This document shows positions 1 through 13,420 of a DNA stretch of 64,000 nucleotides, piece after piece. Origin of the DNA: Camelus dromedarius (Eukaryota); NCBI RefSeq assembly GCF_036321535.1, contig NC_087436.1:111850001-111914000 (forward strand), given 5' to 3'. How positions within the stretch are numbered: the stretch's first letter is position 1; each line of letters begins with the position of its first letter. Position numbers and translations under genes: made by a program. The notes under the pieces were generated by a model. The model searched no databases, was not told where the DNA came from, and saw nothing but the letters and a program-made list of their open reading frames with translations.

Positions 1-3000
1 TTTTTTGGAAAATTTTAAATATACACAAAAATTGAATAGATAAAATAACAAATTCACAGGTACTCATTACTCAGTTTCAATGATTATCAACTAATGGCCA
101 ATTTATTTCATCTATACTTTCACCCAGTTCCTCCTCTCTTCCTACTGTGAGTCAATCCCCATTGTCATAGCATTTTCTCCATAAATATAGCAATATATAT
201 GTTAAACAGGTAAAAACTTAAAAGCACTCAGAATTTGAAATGTATTAAATATTGTAGACATTATGGATAAGAAATCATACATTGTTTTCATTTTTAATCT
301 CTAATTAGTCAAAAATTTAGGCATATTTTCATATGTTTATCCACTGGTAGGTATTCTTTACATTCATAGTTAGTTTATGTCTCTTATTTATATATTGTTA
401 TTAATATTTGTATTGATTTTAAAGTTCTTCCTAAGTTTTGTTAATGTTTCAGTTCCTATTGCTCTATAATAAACCATTCTAAATCTCAAAAACAGATAAA
501 AACTCTTTTAAAAACATAACCCCATTTCATTGCTATGCAGAAACACAATAGCAATAAATTATCAATATTAAGTATCCTGTCATTCGAATTTCCAACTGTC
601 TCATAAATGTCATCTTTTAAAAAACATTTTGTTTGTCTGAATCAGAATTTAATAAGGTCCATATATTGTGATAATTTGATAAGTATTTTAAGTTTATTTT
701 AATCTATAGATTGTTTTTCTCTTTTTCTTTTTCCTATTATTTATTTTGAAGAAAATGGGTCATTTGTTTCATAGTCCTTTCATCACATTTATGATAAAAT
801 TTATAATTCACATGATTACTCAACTGTGTTATTTCTCAAAGCAAATACAACAGCATCAAAAATAACATTGCCATAGTCAATATTATTACTTTTAAAAGTT
901 TACACATATTTGGGGTGGTGGGCTGTTTTTTTTTTTCCCTTAAAGTTTATTCCACTAGGGGTAGAAAGTCAAATTACTATGTCTTACAATCACTTGGAAT
1001 TCTTTTTCTCTTGTGGATTTGATGCAGACTAAATACACAGTGAAGTTCATCTGTTTCATTTTACTTTCTGTTGTTAATTATAAATTTTTAGAAGTTAAGT
1101 TTTGTTTTAAATTGTATAAATTATTTGCATGCTTTGAAAGTCAAGTTCACAAAACCAACCCCTCATAGGTACCCTTTTAAAAATGTTTTATGGTTTCTCC
1201 TTCCATCATTTACTTTTTATTAATAAAAAGAGCTACATACATCTCTCCCTGTACTTAAAAATAGCACACTATTCACACTTTGTTTACTTTTTCTTTTTCA
1301 TGTAATATATCTTGGGTCTCACTCTATAATGGTATATAGATAGAGCTATTCTTTATTAGTCTATAAAGTTGCATGGTACTGCATTGTATGAATATATCAG
1401 AGTTTATTCGACCAATTCCCTATTGATGGACATTTGGATCATTTTTCCTGTAATTGGGTCATTTTGCCGTAATTAATTCTGCAATAAATAACATTGAAAT
1501 TATAAGGTCTTGACCTTCCTTCCTCTATTTTGTATCCAGTGTTTTTGGTATACATTCCTAGGGGTGTGATTGTTAAGTCAAAGTTTAAATACCCATATAA
1601 TTTTGTAAGATATTGCCAAATTTCCTTCTGTAAGAATTGTACCACGTTGTCTATTCATAAGCAACGTATGAAAGTGCCTATTTGCCTAAAAAGCTTTGGC
1701 TATAGGATTTTTACCAAACTCAGAAGAAAGTTTGGATTTGCTGCCTAATATTTAAGAAATGACATCTCAATTTATCTGAAGCAGATTTCTTTTATTACGA
1801 GTGAAATCGAGCAAGCATTTATTGATTTAGTCATTTAAATTTATTTTTCAGTGAATCATTTATCTATTCCCTAGTTCATTTTCTATAAAATTGTAAGCTT
1901 TTAAAAATATTGAAACTCTGTAGATGTTAGCAATATTTACAAATATTTATTTATTGTTATATAAGGAGCTAAGTTTTCCCAGTTTGACTTTTTCCTCTTT
2001 GATTTAGTATCTTTTCTTCATGCAAAAGTTTTTTTTCCTTTTAACAGTTTAATTTTTCTTTATAGTTCTTTTGGATTTTGTGGGGATTTTCTTCTAACGC
2101 TAAATTCTAGTGGAATCACTCACGCTTTTATCTAGTGCTTGCGTTTTAATTTTTTCACACATAAATCTCTTATTCATTTGGAATCTATCCTGCTGTGTTG
2201 TAAGACATATATACATTTTAATCCTTTTCATATGGCATCATGAGATGTCTTCTCAAATCAGTGAAGACCAGCTTTTTGATAAGTAACATTGGGATAATTG
2301 ATGAACATTTTATTATGCAATTAATATAAAAATTGCATATACAACTTTAGCAACAAAGTCAGAGACTTTTTCGCTAAAATCAGGGATAAACAGAGTGAAG
2401 TCTATGGCTATGTAACATTATGTTGGAAGTGCTGGTCATTGTGAATGTTACAGAGCCATGGGTTTCATGAGCATCTTTGAAAATGATGGACATCACTCTT
2501 CCTACAACTAATTTTAGTGAAAAGTCTCTGACTTTGTTACTAAGGGTATATGTGTCATTTTTATAAATGACAAGGAAATATTAAACAGTTCTTTCTTCCT
2601 TCCTTCCTTCCTTCCTCTCTTTCTTTCTCTCTTTCTTTCTTTCTTTCTTACAGAAGTATGTAAAACTCATAAATGGATTTTGGCAATGGTCTTTCTGCAT
2701 CTCTGGAAGTAATCATGATCTTTTCCCTTTAAGTGTGTTAATTTGGTGACATATAAATACAACTCTTAATATCAAACCACTTCTACATTCTTTAAAAAAT
2801 GAACATATGCTTTTAATGAATATTTTTTAGTAGGCTGTCCGCTAATATTTTATTGAATATTTTTAGTGTGAATTGTTTGTAGTGTTCTCTTTTTTTTTTT
2901 TTTTTTTTTTTGGTGCAATTTTCACCAACTTTCAGGATCAATGTCATACTCACTTTATAAAATGTATTTGGGACTTTTCCTTATTTTTGTATATTTAAAC
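1..3000 (-). mobile_element. Old L1 (L1MC/L1ME-like) fragments
   Basis: T-rich degenerate antisense L1 3'/ORF2 motifs, e.g. 'ccaattccctattgatggacatttgg' and 'tattgccaaatttccttctgtaagaattgtacc'. Confidence 0.7.
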
Positions 3001-3155
3001 ATTCTAGTTAGCTGAGTTTGCCTATCCATTAAGGAAAGCAGAAACATCCCAGTTAACTGCGTAAGAGGCTTTGGCTATGAATGAAGCTTAAAGCTTCAGA
3101 CAGCTACATGTCAGACTCTCATAGCTACACTTTCTCATTTCAGAAGATTGGATAC

Positions 3156-3257
3156 GGGTCAGGGTAAAGCTCAGTGGTAGAGCGCGTGCTTGGCATGCAT
3201 GAAGTCCTGGGTTCAATTCTCAGTGCCTCTATTAAGGGAAAAAAAAAAAAAAAAAAG
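3156..3257 (+). mobile_element. Vic-1-type tRNA-derived SINE (short form)
   Basis: A box 'agctcagtggtag', B box 'gggttcaattc', poly-A tail. TSD gaagattgga at 3143-3152 and 3258-3267. Confidence 0.9.
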
Positions 3258-3499
3258 GAAGATTGGAGAGCACAAAGTAAGTGCTCAAAACTGTTAGGTG
3301 TTGTGGTAAGATGACCAAAGGAACAAGAGCCTAATGAAAATCATGAATCTCAAATCAAAATTAGTACACGCAGTCCAGATGAAATATTTGAAACTGGGGA
3401 CATCCTGGGAACTCCTGGGTGGACCGCTATGGCTTTTAGAGACTCTAATGTTTAATTGACTATAACATTTTCCGTATAAGGAGAGAAGAAAAGAAATAA

Positions 3500-3745
3500 A
3501 TGGACTAACACTGAGGATATTTACTAAGCGTGAAGCTCTGTGTTAAGGGCTTCACTTATTTGATATTGTTGAATTCTAACCAAGAACCTTTGGGGTAATT
3601 ATTATTTACTATCACTATTTTCAGGTGAAGAAGCTAAGGCTTAGAGTAGCTAAGTGACTTTTAAAAAAACTTCATAATTCATAAATCTAGGAAGTGATAG
3701 AGAAAGAATTGAAAGAAAACTGAATGCCTGGTGATAGAGCCCACT
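3500..3745 (-). mobile_element. MIR SINE
   Basis: Core 'cactattttcaggtgaagaagctaaggcttagagtagctaagtgactt'. Confidence 0.7.
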
Positions 3746-3849
3746 TTCAACAATTACATATGGGATTTCTTTTCATTTCTGAGATTATTGGGGCATTTTA
3801 TATTAATAGCAGAAAACTTGGAAAACAAAAAGAAGAAAAAGTAAATGAA

Positions 3850-4078
3850 TGGGGTACAGTATTAACATATACAATCTATGTCATGTATGAAATACATGAA
3901 TACCATGTATGAAATAGATAAACAAGAAGGATGTACAGTGTAGCACCAGGAATTGTAACCATTATCTCGTAATAACCTGCAAAAGAGTATGATCTGCAAA
4001 AATAGTGAATCACCATGCTGTACACCTGAAACTAATATAATATTGTAAATCGACTATACTTCAATTTAAAAAAAAGAA
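3850..4078 (+). mobile_element. 5'-truncated L1 3'UTR (cetartiodactyl type)
   Basis: 'gctgtacacctgaaactaatataatattgtaaatcgactatacttcaattt' followed by poly-A. Confidence 0.85.
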
Positions 4079-4829
4079 ATGAAAGCAACCTGAAATGCCA
4101 CCATTTAAGAAAATTAATTTTGGGTATATCCTTCCAGATCTTTTCCTGTGCAAATTCATTCATATAAATATGCATATATAAATATTCATAAGTATGTAGA
4201 AAAGTGTGTATATATAATTTTAACAAAAGTGGGAACATTACACACATAGCATTTGTTAACTTTTATTTTCTAATTTAATTCATGGAGAATTTTTAAGTCT
4301 TTGAGATTCTGCTTTTAAAATTTTAATAACAGAATTTTCCTCCTGGCTCAGATGTGACTGTGTGCAAACTTGGGCACCTTTCCTGTGGACCTTGCTGGCT
4401 GGCCTCGATCCTTCTTCCATTGCTCCTGAAGGAGTTGTACATATTTTATAAGTAAGAGCAAAAGGGTAGAGGACTGATGGCTACAGCAGTACCTGGCAAA
4501 TGTAGGTAGTCGATATGTGTTTTCTAACTGAATTAAAAAATGCATGATGAATTACATTCTTTCAAATGTGGAAGCGATCATTCTGTCCTCTTAGCAAGTT
4601 ATGAGGGATGCAAGTCCCTGGGATGGGGTCACTGCTAAGAAACAATTGTAATTATATTATTGTTTCAGTACAGCTGGCTCCACTACTGAGAGTGAAAAGA
4701 TAAAGGAGTTCAATAGTCTTTGTGTGGAGAAATAAATTTTTGTGCCCTTTCTGTGTTTCTCTGCATCTGTAAATGTTATTCAGACAATCTAATGGTAGAG
4801 AGGCAGGCAACGGCCATAAGCTGGCAAGT

Positions 4830-5500
4830 TCAGAATAGAAAAATATAGATGCACAACTAACATGAAAAGTATTTAATCTCAGTTGTATTCAATGTAATGT
4901 CAATTATTATAAGCATGTGAGTATGAAATTATTGTATAAATGCAGTGTACATTTTCGTAGGTACTGACAAATTACCTTTCAAAGGACAGTGCACGTTTAT
5001 ACTCTTTCCCATGAAAACAGTGGCCATTTCTCCACATCCAGCTTTGGATCTTTTTTGTCTCATTAATTTAACAGGAAGAAAAAATTCTATGGTGATTTTC
5101 ATTTTCTTGAGTATAAGTAATGTTCAGTGCCTTTTTTCACTGTCATTGGCCCTCTGTACCATGTGAATTATTTGTGACTAATGTCTATTTTCTATATCAT
5201 TGGTTTCTTTGTCGTATTGATTTGTGGATTTTTTTTTTAAATTAAGGTTATTAATTCTTCATCAAATGTTTCACCTTGGTTTACTGTCATACAAATATGT
5301 AAAATTTTTATTGCCAGATTTGTCAGTCCTTTCTCTATTGGCTTCTGAGTCTTGTGCTTGATTTTGGAATAGCTTTTTCACTGGAATTTTTTTTCCCATT
5401 GCAAGGTTATAAGAACATTCACTTTTAAATATCATCTGTATAGTTCTTTACATGTAGCTCTTTATCTGGATTTACTTTTGCAAGTGGAGTGATCTCAGGC
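4830..5500 (-). mobile_element. Old L1M fragment
   Basis: Degenerate antisense L1 ORF2-end motifs ('gccatttctccacatcca', 'tgtcagtcctttctctattggcttctg'). Confidence 0.5.
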
Positions 5501-5604
5501 TCTCTAGTAAATTGTCGTCTCGATGCTGCAATATGCATTGGAAAGAATACTACAATTGATTAACCCTCTGCTGTGGATGTTGGACGGGAGAGTGGCAGGG
5601 TTAA

Positions 5605-6150
5605 TAAATGCATACTGAGCCCCTCTCTACTCTGTGCCAGGCACTCCTATAAGTGCTGGGAATGCAGAGCTGAAAAAAACACTGTTCTTGTATGAAGCTT
5701 CCATTTAAGTTGCAAAAGAAGTAAACACAAAGATGAAAAAGAAAATCTCAAGCAGCGATGAGTAAGTACCCTGGAGAGCTTAATAAATATGGCCACGTGA
5801 TGAAGAAAGAGGGTGTCTGCAGATTGGGTCACTGGTTAGGGAAGACTCCTCTGACTGAAGAGGTTGTGTCTAAGCTGAGACCTGAGTGATGAGCAGAAGC
5901 TAAGCTTAAAGAGTCTGGGTGAAAGAACCCCAGAGAGAAAAAAGCAACTAGTACAAAGATTCTAAGGGTGGTACTAGTTTGGAATATTTGAAGTCAGGAT
6001 GAAGGCGGAAGTGTTGAGAGGAAGAAAGAGATGGAAGTGGTCATTGAGGGTGCTCAACGCGGTCCAGACAGAGCTTTGGTCTTGTAGAGCCTGGTAAATA
6101 GCTGTGTTTTATTCTAAGTGAGGGGGAGACAAAGATTTTAAACAAGTCTT
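5605..6150 (-). mobile_element. L2 LINE 3' fragment
   Basis: 'ctactctgtgccaggcactcctataagtgctggg', 'aagctgagacctgagtgatgag', 'tttattctaagtg'. Confidence 0.75.
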
Positions 6151-6182
6151 GTGTTACGAATTACAATTTACATTTGTGCTCC

Positions 6183-6215
6183 TGCCATTCCTGAAGCTGC
6201 CACTAGAGGGAGGCA
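6183..6215 (+). promoter_or_regulatory. CTCF motif (core plus upstream module)
   Basis: TGCCATTCC-N5-CTG-CCACTAGAGGGAGGCA. Confidence 0.6.
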
Positions 6216-6964
6216 GACAGAGCTGGGGCAGTCACACCACAAGCTGCCCTGTTCACAACCTTTCCCATGAAAAATCACCTCCATTTAGGACATAATCTGC
6301 TTACAGAGGGGCTAATGTCCAGAAAGGGAACAGACTGTGTCTGATTAAAGAAAGAGCCAGACATGTTGCCTAATTTTAAAAAGGTAGGTCTTAAAAGGAT
6401 TTTTCATAGATAACTTTCTGAGATTGTTTCCAGTAGCAACTGAAGAAAGTTGTGTCCACAGGACTGGGTGGCCCTGCAAACCTCACAAGGTGGCAGGGAC
6501 TTTGCAGGCAGGGACTCTGATGACTTCTTCAAGAGCCTGGCTCGTAGCCCAGCAAGTCCGGGCTCTTGGTGCTTTGTCAGTGCTCCCAAGGCGATGCGGT
6601 GAGAGAGGCAGACTGCTTCAGCCACTCAGGAGAGACCAGCACCTAATGCCAGGATAGAGAGACCAGATTACAGTCAGAATCCCACCTGCCACGCAGGCTC
6701 GCCCTGGCGCATCCTTCTCCTAACAAAACACAACTGGAAGTCAGGTCTTTGCCAGCCACATGCTTGGTGAGCAGCACGTAGGTCAAAGGGAGGTGAGTGA
6801 AGAATATAGAAAATGTTTCAGGTGTCAGGCTCTGGTGTTCATGGCTGAGATATCTGCCAGGTCAGTGAATTTAGGGGCCCCGTCCCTGCTGACAGGTCTT
6901 GAAAGAGCACAACCAGGGTTTGCCTCAGTGACTCTCTTGACTTCAGGTAGCACTTAGCATGCTG

Positions 6965-7180
6965 CTTAAGAGAGCAGGTGAGCTCCACCTGCCGCTCAAT
7001 CACCCACTAACTCCGTGATCTTGGGCAAGTGACTCAACCTGATTGAGTCTTACATCTCTCGTCTCTAAAAGGGGCTGATGGGGTGACCATGCCCGCTTCC
7101 TAAGACTGTTGTAGGACTAGAGGTGACACAGGCAGTGACTGACACAGCGCCGGGACATGGCGAACACTGTCAGATGGGAG
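6965..7180 (+). mobile_element. MIR SINE
   Basis: 'gtgatcttgggcaagtgactcaacctgattgagtct...gtctctaaaagggg'. Confidence 0.7.
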
Positions 7181-8361
7181 CTTTCATCCTGCGGTTAATG
7201 TCCGTTCTTGATCGACAGTCTTTCCTTATATAGGCTCGAAGGATCTGTTGGATTGTGTTTGTTTCTTTTCATCATGTGATTCTAAATGGACCATGATGTT
7301 CCAGATATGGGGGCGGGTGGATCACTTTTTGTTTACTACACACCAACCTACAAAGCCATTATCTCCTCCCCCACCCCCCTTGAGTCATTAGTTCCCAAAG
7401 GGAGGACCCCCCATGCCACTACCACCACCACCTTTCCAAACCCCACAACTTTGATCCTGGGTAGTTATTCAACTTCACCATTACCTTAAGCAGAATCCTA
7501 TAGAGAGCAAAAATGTATGGCTCCAATCCCCTTAGAAGCACCACGCTGGCAAGGAAAAGGTGCAATCAAATTACATTCCAGTAGAGGACAAGCTTATTTT
7601 TAAAACTAGTGAAACTGATGCATCAGAATTCTCCTAGAGCAAAATAATTGGGATTATTTCTTAGATTGTAATGTAGCAGAAGCTGAAACAAAGAAGCTGG
7701 TTTGAAGACCTTAATGGCAAAAGAGAAATGTCTCCAAGATTTTAGGCTCTGAAGAATACATTCCTCTCAAGGGAATGTGAGCTAAGATCTGGGTCACTGA
7801 TCAACGTTGACTGCTGAAGCTTGATGCTATGGGGAATTCTAAGACAACAATCCATTGACATGGAGGCTAAAAGGGATGTCGAAATTTTTAGATTGTCTTA
7901 GGAAATAACACTGCTGTAATAAATACACCGAAGGCAAAATTAAAGTTACTCGGTGACTGGGAGAGAGGATGGAACCCTATACCCAACCCGGAAGTGGGAA
8001 AGTGAGGGACGACTCACATTTTCCTTCTAAGTAAAGCAAAGGCATGAGTGTATTTCTGTGAAACACTGCTAGCCACAAGTGGGTGTACACCTCTACATGT
8101 CTAGTGGACCAAGCGGGGTTTGTATTTAAAGCGCTTCAGTCAATATTCCAGCCATTTCCCTGCATGTTGAAATCTATTTTGCATTTTCAAGTAGAAGCTT
8201 CTAAGTTAACCAGTAGAATGTGTACTAGAATTGTGAGGTAATTATAATTCGACTTGCAAATACCCCACCTACGCTGCCCTTTGGCCTCTCCCCCAAGTGA
8301 CTGTGGTGAACAAAAGACAAATTGTGAGAGACCCCGCTTATGTCTAGAACACACAGAGTGA

Positions 8362-8683
8362 CGGTATTAGTCAGGGTCCTCCAGAGAACCAGCGGGAGAT
8401 ACAGATGTAGATGTAGAAATAGATCATGCTCAGGCAGGAAGAGATGATGTTGCAGATGTGGTCCAAAGGCAGCAGTCTGCTGGAGAATCCTCTCTTCCCT
8501 GGGGGAGGTCAATCTTTTGTTCTTTTGAGGCCTTCAGCTGATTGGAGGGGGCCCACTCACATGACGGAGGGCAATCTGCTTTACCCAAAGTCCACAAATT
8601 TAAATGTTAATCTCATCCAAAAACACACAAAAACACTGAGAACTTAAAGTCTAGGCAAGTTGAGACATAAAATTAACCATCAC
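8362..8683 (-). mobile_element. MLT2 (ERVL) LTR with internal deletion
   Basis: Starts 'gtattagtcagggtcctccagagaacca' and ends 'aagttgagacataaaattaaccatcaca', the reverse complement of the MLT2 5' end. Confidence 0.85.
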
Positions 8684-9304
8684 AACAACCTCCGTGTAGA
8701 GAGCATCCTTGGGTAAGAACAGAGTCAGCCACATCTTCTCCACAGACTTCAGCACTGGTGCCGAGATGGCTTGGGCACCATGATGAATTCATCAAAGGAA
8801 AATGCTCTGTATCTCCTAAATTTAGGGAAGTGGCTGAAGAGAAGAGAAAGAGCCAATGTTCCTTTATTCCGCAGTAGGCAAGCCTGAGTCCGTTCACTCG
8901 AAAGCATGCAAGTTATTTGACTTCTTGGAATTTATTTCTTCAACTGTAAAAGAAATGTAAGAATCTAGGATCTGTTCTTCATCTATGGGTGTTTGGCAAG
9001 ATCAGTTAGGGCTCATGATACATCTGAGAGAGCATTTTAGAAGGATGTTCAGCCACCTATAATGAGAGGTAGGTTGGTAACGATAGCATTCAGTTCAACC
9101 ATTGCAGACATCAGTTACCTTTACACACAGGAGGCCCTCAGATAACCTGGAGTGAATTTCTGATGGTGAGAATTACTTATGCAAAAGCGTAGGAACAGGG
9201 AAGCAACAGTTTGGAGCAGACGTTTGAGGGCTCCACAGAGCAGTGTCTCTAACAAAAAGATCCACCAGGCATCGGAAGGTAATGGTTCAAATTCTTTTAA
9301 TGTA

Positions 9305-10030
9305 TTTCTTTCTTTTTAATTTTGAAAAAAAAATTAAGACTTACAGAAAAGTTGCAAAAGTAGTACAGAGAGTTCTCATATACCCTTCACCCAGCTTCCC
9401 CAAAGGTTAACGTCTTACATAATCATATTGCAGTGATCTAAACCAGGAAATTAACACTGATATAATACCATCGTCTAATCTATGGGTCTAGTTCAAATTT
9501 TGCCAGTTTCCCCACTAATGTATATATTTTTCTGGTTCTGGATCCAACTTAGGATCCCACGTTAATTTAGTTATGTTTCCTGAGTCTCCTCCAATCTGTA
9601 ATGTTCCCCAGGCTTTGTTCTTCTTTGAAGACTTAGTGGTCACTTACTTTGTAGAATGCCCCTCCGCTTGAGTTTGTCTGATGTTTTCTCAAGGTCTGAC
9701 TGAGATCATATGTTTTTTGGCAAGAACTTGGCAGAAGTGATGAGCCCTCCCCAGTGCATCACAGCAGCTGGCCCATGATGCTGTTGTCCTAATTACTGTC
9801 AATGCTAACTTTGATCACCTGGCTAAGATGGCACCTGCCAGGTCCACTATAAACTTAACAATTTTTCTTCAGTAATTAAAAAGTTTATGATGGAGAGAGA
9901 ATTTGAAACTATGTGTATAGCCTGTTCTGATTCTACATTTGCCACTAAATATATATTCTACCACTGGCCCTTTCCTGCAACATATTTGCTGTGGTCTCTG
10001 CCTAGTGGTGACTTTCTAATTTTACCCCCA
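9305..10030 (-). mobile_element. L1MB/L1MC-type 3' end
   Basis: 'agacttacagaaaagttgcaaaagtagtacagagagttctcatatacccttcacccagcttcccc'. Confidence 0.8.
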
Positions 10031-10891
10031 AGTAGAAAAGAAGCTTAAGTTTGGTAATATTTAATTGGATTTACACTGTTGCCTCCATTGGATAAATCAA
10101 GATAAATATATAGAGTTTTAAAATAATAAAACTACTCACTTGGCCAACTCCAAATTTGACGTTATCAAGAATACTATTTAAAATATGAATTTGTATATCC
10201 ATTATCAATAACCATAAACATCTTCCCAAGTACATATTGCTGATGTGGGCTTTCCCAAAGTAATTTTTCAGTCTTGACAACTATGATAATCAAATATTGA
10301 AATAAATTGAACTTGGAACCTGGTTTTCAAGTCCTGTATCTCTGTTAAACTGGGATTCACTAAAATAGTAAAGAATGATCAAACTCCTTATTAATACTAA
10401 ACATTTATCTATAATAATTTTAGAAAGATTTCTCCAAAGTTATTAAGAAATAAATAAAATAATATTATTTGGTTTATCTTTAATACTTTCAAACTCCTAT
10501 TTTGGGAATAGTTAATGTTAAGTATAAATTAAACTCATAAAATAATTTTTGTAGGCACCTACTCAATTTGTTTTCCTAATAAGGACATATAAGCAAAAGA
10601 TTTTGGAGTTCATTTTTTTTGAATAAGTAGAATTTCAAAAATGTTTCCAAGAGTTGCCAGCTTTTCTTTCTTCCTTAAAAAAAAAAAACAAAACCAAAAA
10701 ACCCTGTATCATCTACTCTCCCTCTCATTTACTAAAACGAAGAATGTTGTTCCATACTAAAAGGATAGAAAGATGTAATCTTAGAATAAGGTGCAATACT
10801 TTAAATGGAATACATTTAGCTGTACTTAAAACCGACGTGATTATCTTTCTTATCTTGCTGTTCATTGAGGGAACTCTCCACAGTATCCCAA

Positions 10892-11920
10892 TGCTATGTT
10901 GAACTGTTTCATCCCTCCCGCCCCTGCCCCCCAAACTGAAGTCCTGAACCCCAGTACCTCAGAATGTGAACTTGGAAATATATTATTGCAGATGTAATTA
11001 GCTAAATTAAGATGAGGTTTTACTGAAGTAAGGGGGGGGGGGCCCTAATCCAATGTGACCACGTCCTTGTAACAAGGAGCCAGCGGCACAGAGGGAGCTG
11101 GTCGTGAGAAGACACAGATAGGAATGAGGAATCTGTAAGCCAGGGACACCTGGGGCCACCAGGGACTAGAGAAAGGCAGGGAACAAAGACTTCCTCAGAG
11201 CCCTCGGAAGGAGCCAGCCCTGCCAACAGCTCGATTTTAGACTTCTAGTCTCCAGAACTGTGAGAAAATCAATGTCTGTTGTTTTCACCCACCTAGTTTG
11301 TGGCACTTTGTTATGACAACCTGTTTTCTATTCTTTTATGAGACAGGCAGTCAGGTGGGGCCACAAGAGGAGACAGAGGACAGGCTCAGGAAGCAAAGTT
11401 CATTGTAAACTCCCAGGTCCTAGAGCCAGGAGGTGGGGCACGCCACAGAAAGACACCAAGGTGGTCCGGAGGCCGACGACAGGAGGGGTGAGAGCTTAGA
11501 GCTTAGGTCAGAGCCTTCTGAGGGATTATTGAGGGAAAGACAAGGCAGGGCAGGGTAAGCAATGTAGGACTGGCCGATTCGAGTAATTCTTGGGGGGCTC
11601 TGAGCTGTAGGGATGGTCTCCAGTTACCTGGTGTGCAACCCGGCCCTGGGGTGGTTCAGGCAGAGGAATACTTTTTCCTGGGTTGTACTGGCCGGAGCGA
11701 GGAGGCAGGACTCTACGCTGGTTAGTTCCCATATCAAAGTCGTGCTCCAGGCTGAGTCCTTTGCTCTCTCTAAAAACTGGTTAGCCCAGGGAGGGGCAGT
11801 CTTTCCCCAGCCAGAAAGGTTTCTTAATATCAAAATATCATAATATAAAATACACATATATAAATAATTCATATACGTAATTAATTATTATATATCTTAG
11901 CTAATAAATATACATAAATC

Positions 11921-11954
<34 letters not shown>

Positions 11955-12007
11955 CTGTATATATATCCACACATCCACACGCTACACATCCCTAGGAAAC
12001 CAATGCA
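10892..12007 (+). mobile_element. MLT1B/C-like MaLR LTR, split by a nested LTR at 11322-11986
   Basis: Body contains 'gaagtcctgaaccccagtacctcagaatgtga' and 'tctccagaactgtgagaaaat'. The 3' terminus 'ctaggaaaccaatgca' is displaced to 11992-12007. Confidence 0.85.
11322..11986 (-). mobile_element. ERVL-class solo LTR (MER73/MER74-like) with internal AT/TG microsatellite
   Basis: TG...CA termini and 5-bp TSD caacc/catcc. Minus strand reads 'tggctggggaaagactgcccctccctgggctaaccagtttttagagagagcaaagg'. Confidence 0.65.
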
Positions 12008-12447
12008 TTCAAATCCAATAATTAGCAATGTTTTGGGGAATCTGGGTTAGTACTAGATTGTGAAAATTCTGTACTGAGTTTGTATTTCTTTCACCCCTGG
12101 AATACTTCTGAGCAGAGATGTGGTGAGTCAGAACTGAGCCTTAGTAAAATCATTCTGGCGGTGGAGTATGGAAAAGATTTTTAAATGGAAGCCCTAGAAC
12201 AGCAGAAGATGAAGGCAAAGGTTTTGCTAAGAGGCACCAAGAACCCAACCATCAAGGGAGTCTCTGAGAAGGAAAAAATGGTCCTAAAATTAGAGTGACC
12301 GTAGAGATCTTTTTTATTCACATTTTTTTTTGTAATCATAATTGTCAGAATTTTTATCAACTAGGAAAGGAATTTTTAATACTATGCAAAAGGCTTAAAG
12401 TTGGGTCTGCCTTTAGAAAGTGGAATCCTAGTCGTGGGATTGTCCCC

Positions 12448-12905
12448 CATGGTGGTCATGAATATGCTCCTCTCAGGCCTCTGACCCCTGGGAGCAGAAG
12501 TGATTGACAGCCCCAGCTGCCACCCTCTGAAATCCACCACTGCTGCCCAGCTGAGGCCACCCCTGCCCTGAGCTGCTCCAGCCAATGGCTGATGCAGCAG
12601 AGATACTGAGGCAGGATATTCACGCAAAGAGATGCAGGACTCCTCCTGACGGGCAACTTTGGCTTGAGGAAGCACCATTGAACTTCTGGAATTTTCTTGG
12701 AACTGCACTTCAGACTAAGACTCTTCCACTCAAACTTCCTCCCTTCCTCGCTCCCCTGCAGGGGTTACACCTGCATCTTTATGGCGCAGCTCTTTCCAGC
12801 CTCCCCCAGCTCCCTCATTTTCCCTCAGGCACTTCCCCTAATAAATCTCCTGCATTTCTAATCCTGTCTTGTGCCTGCATCACAGAGGACCTGGCCTGAG
12901 GGAAA
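12448..12905 (+). mobile_element. LTR16-family ERVL solo LTR
   Basis: 'tgacagccccagctgc', 'gatgcaggactcctcctgacgggcaactttggct', and polyA signal 'cctaataaatctcctgca'. Confidence 0.8.
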
Positions 12906-13061
12906 CAATAAGAAATAAGGCGAAAGATTTACAATGATCAGTATTATTCAAAAAGAGCAAAAAATTAGAAATTTCCTAAAAAATCCAATAATAAGGAAAT
13001 GTTTCAATCAACAATGATACCCCCATAAACTGGAGTATTACAGTTATTTAAAATTATGCTT

Positions 13062-13215
13062 TGGAACTATATTCAGTATCTCGTAGTAGCCTATAATGAA
13101 AAAGAATATGAAAACTGATATATGTATGTATATATATGACTGAAACATGATGCTGTACATCAGAAACTGACACATTGTAACTGACTATACTTCAATAAAT
13201 TAAAAAAAATTAAAT
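13062..13215 (+). mobile_element. L1 3'UTR fragment
   Basis: 'ggaactatattcagtatctcgtag...ctgactatacttcaataaattaaaaaaa'. Confidence 0.85.
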
Positions 13216-13420
13216 GTAAAAAATAAAGTTGTTTTAAGATTAATGATATAAGAAAATGATAACACATACAAAAAGTGAAAAGATATAAAATTGTATGTAT
13301 ATTGTATGCATAAACAATCCCTAGGGAAAAATATGTCAAAATGCTAATGATTATATCTCTGGGTGATAGAATTACTAGTTTTCAATTTCCTCTTTATTAT
13401 CTTTTAATTTTCTTGATATT

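Noticed and set aside
3156..3230. tRNA-like sequences (also at 13628, 45140-45428, 50462)
   Set aside because: A/B boxes are followed by A-rich tails and TSDs, so these are SINE heads, not tRNA genes.
10140..10359. Exon-like segment on - (tttag|...|gtgagt)
   Set aside because: 220 nt with stops in all three frames, and no protein that I recognise.
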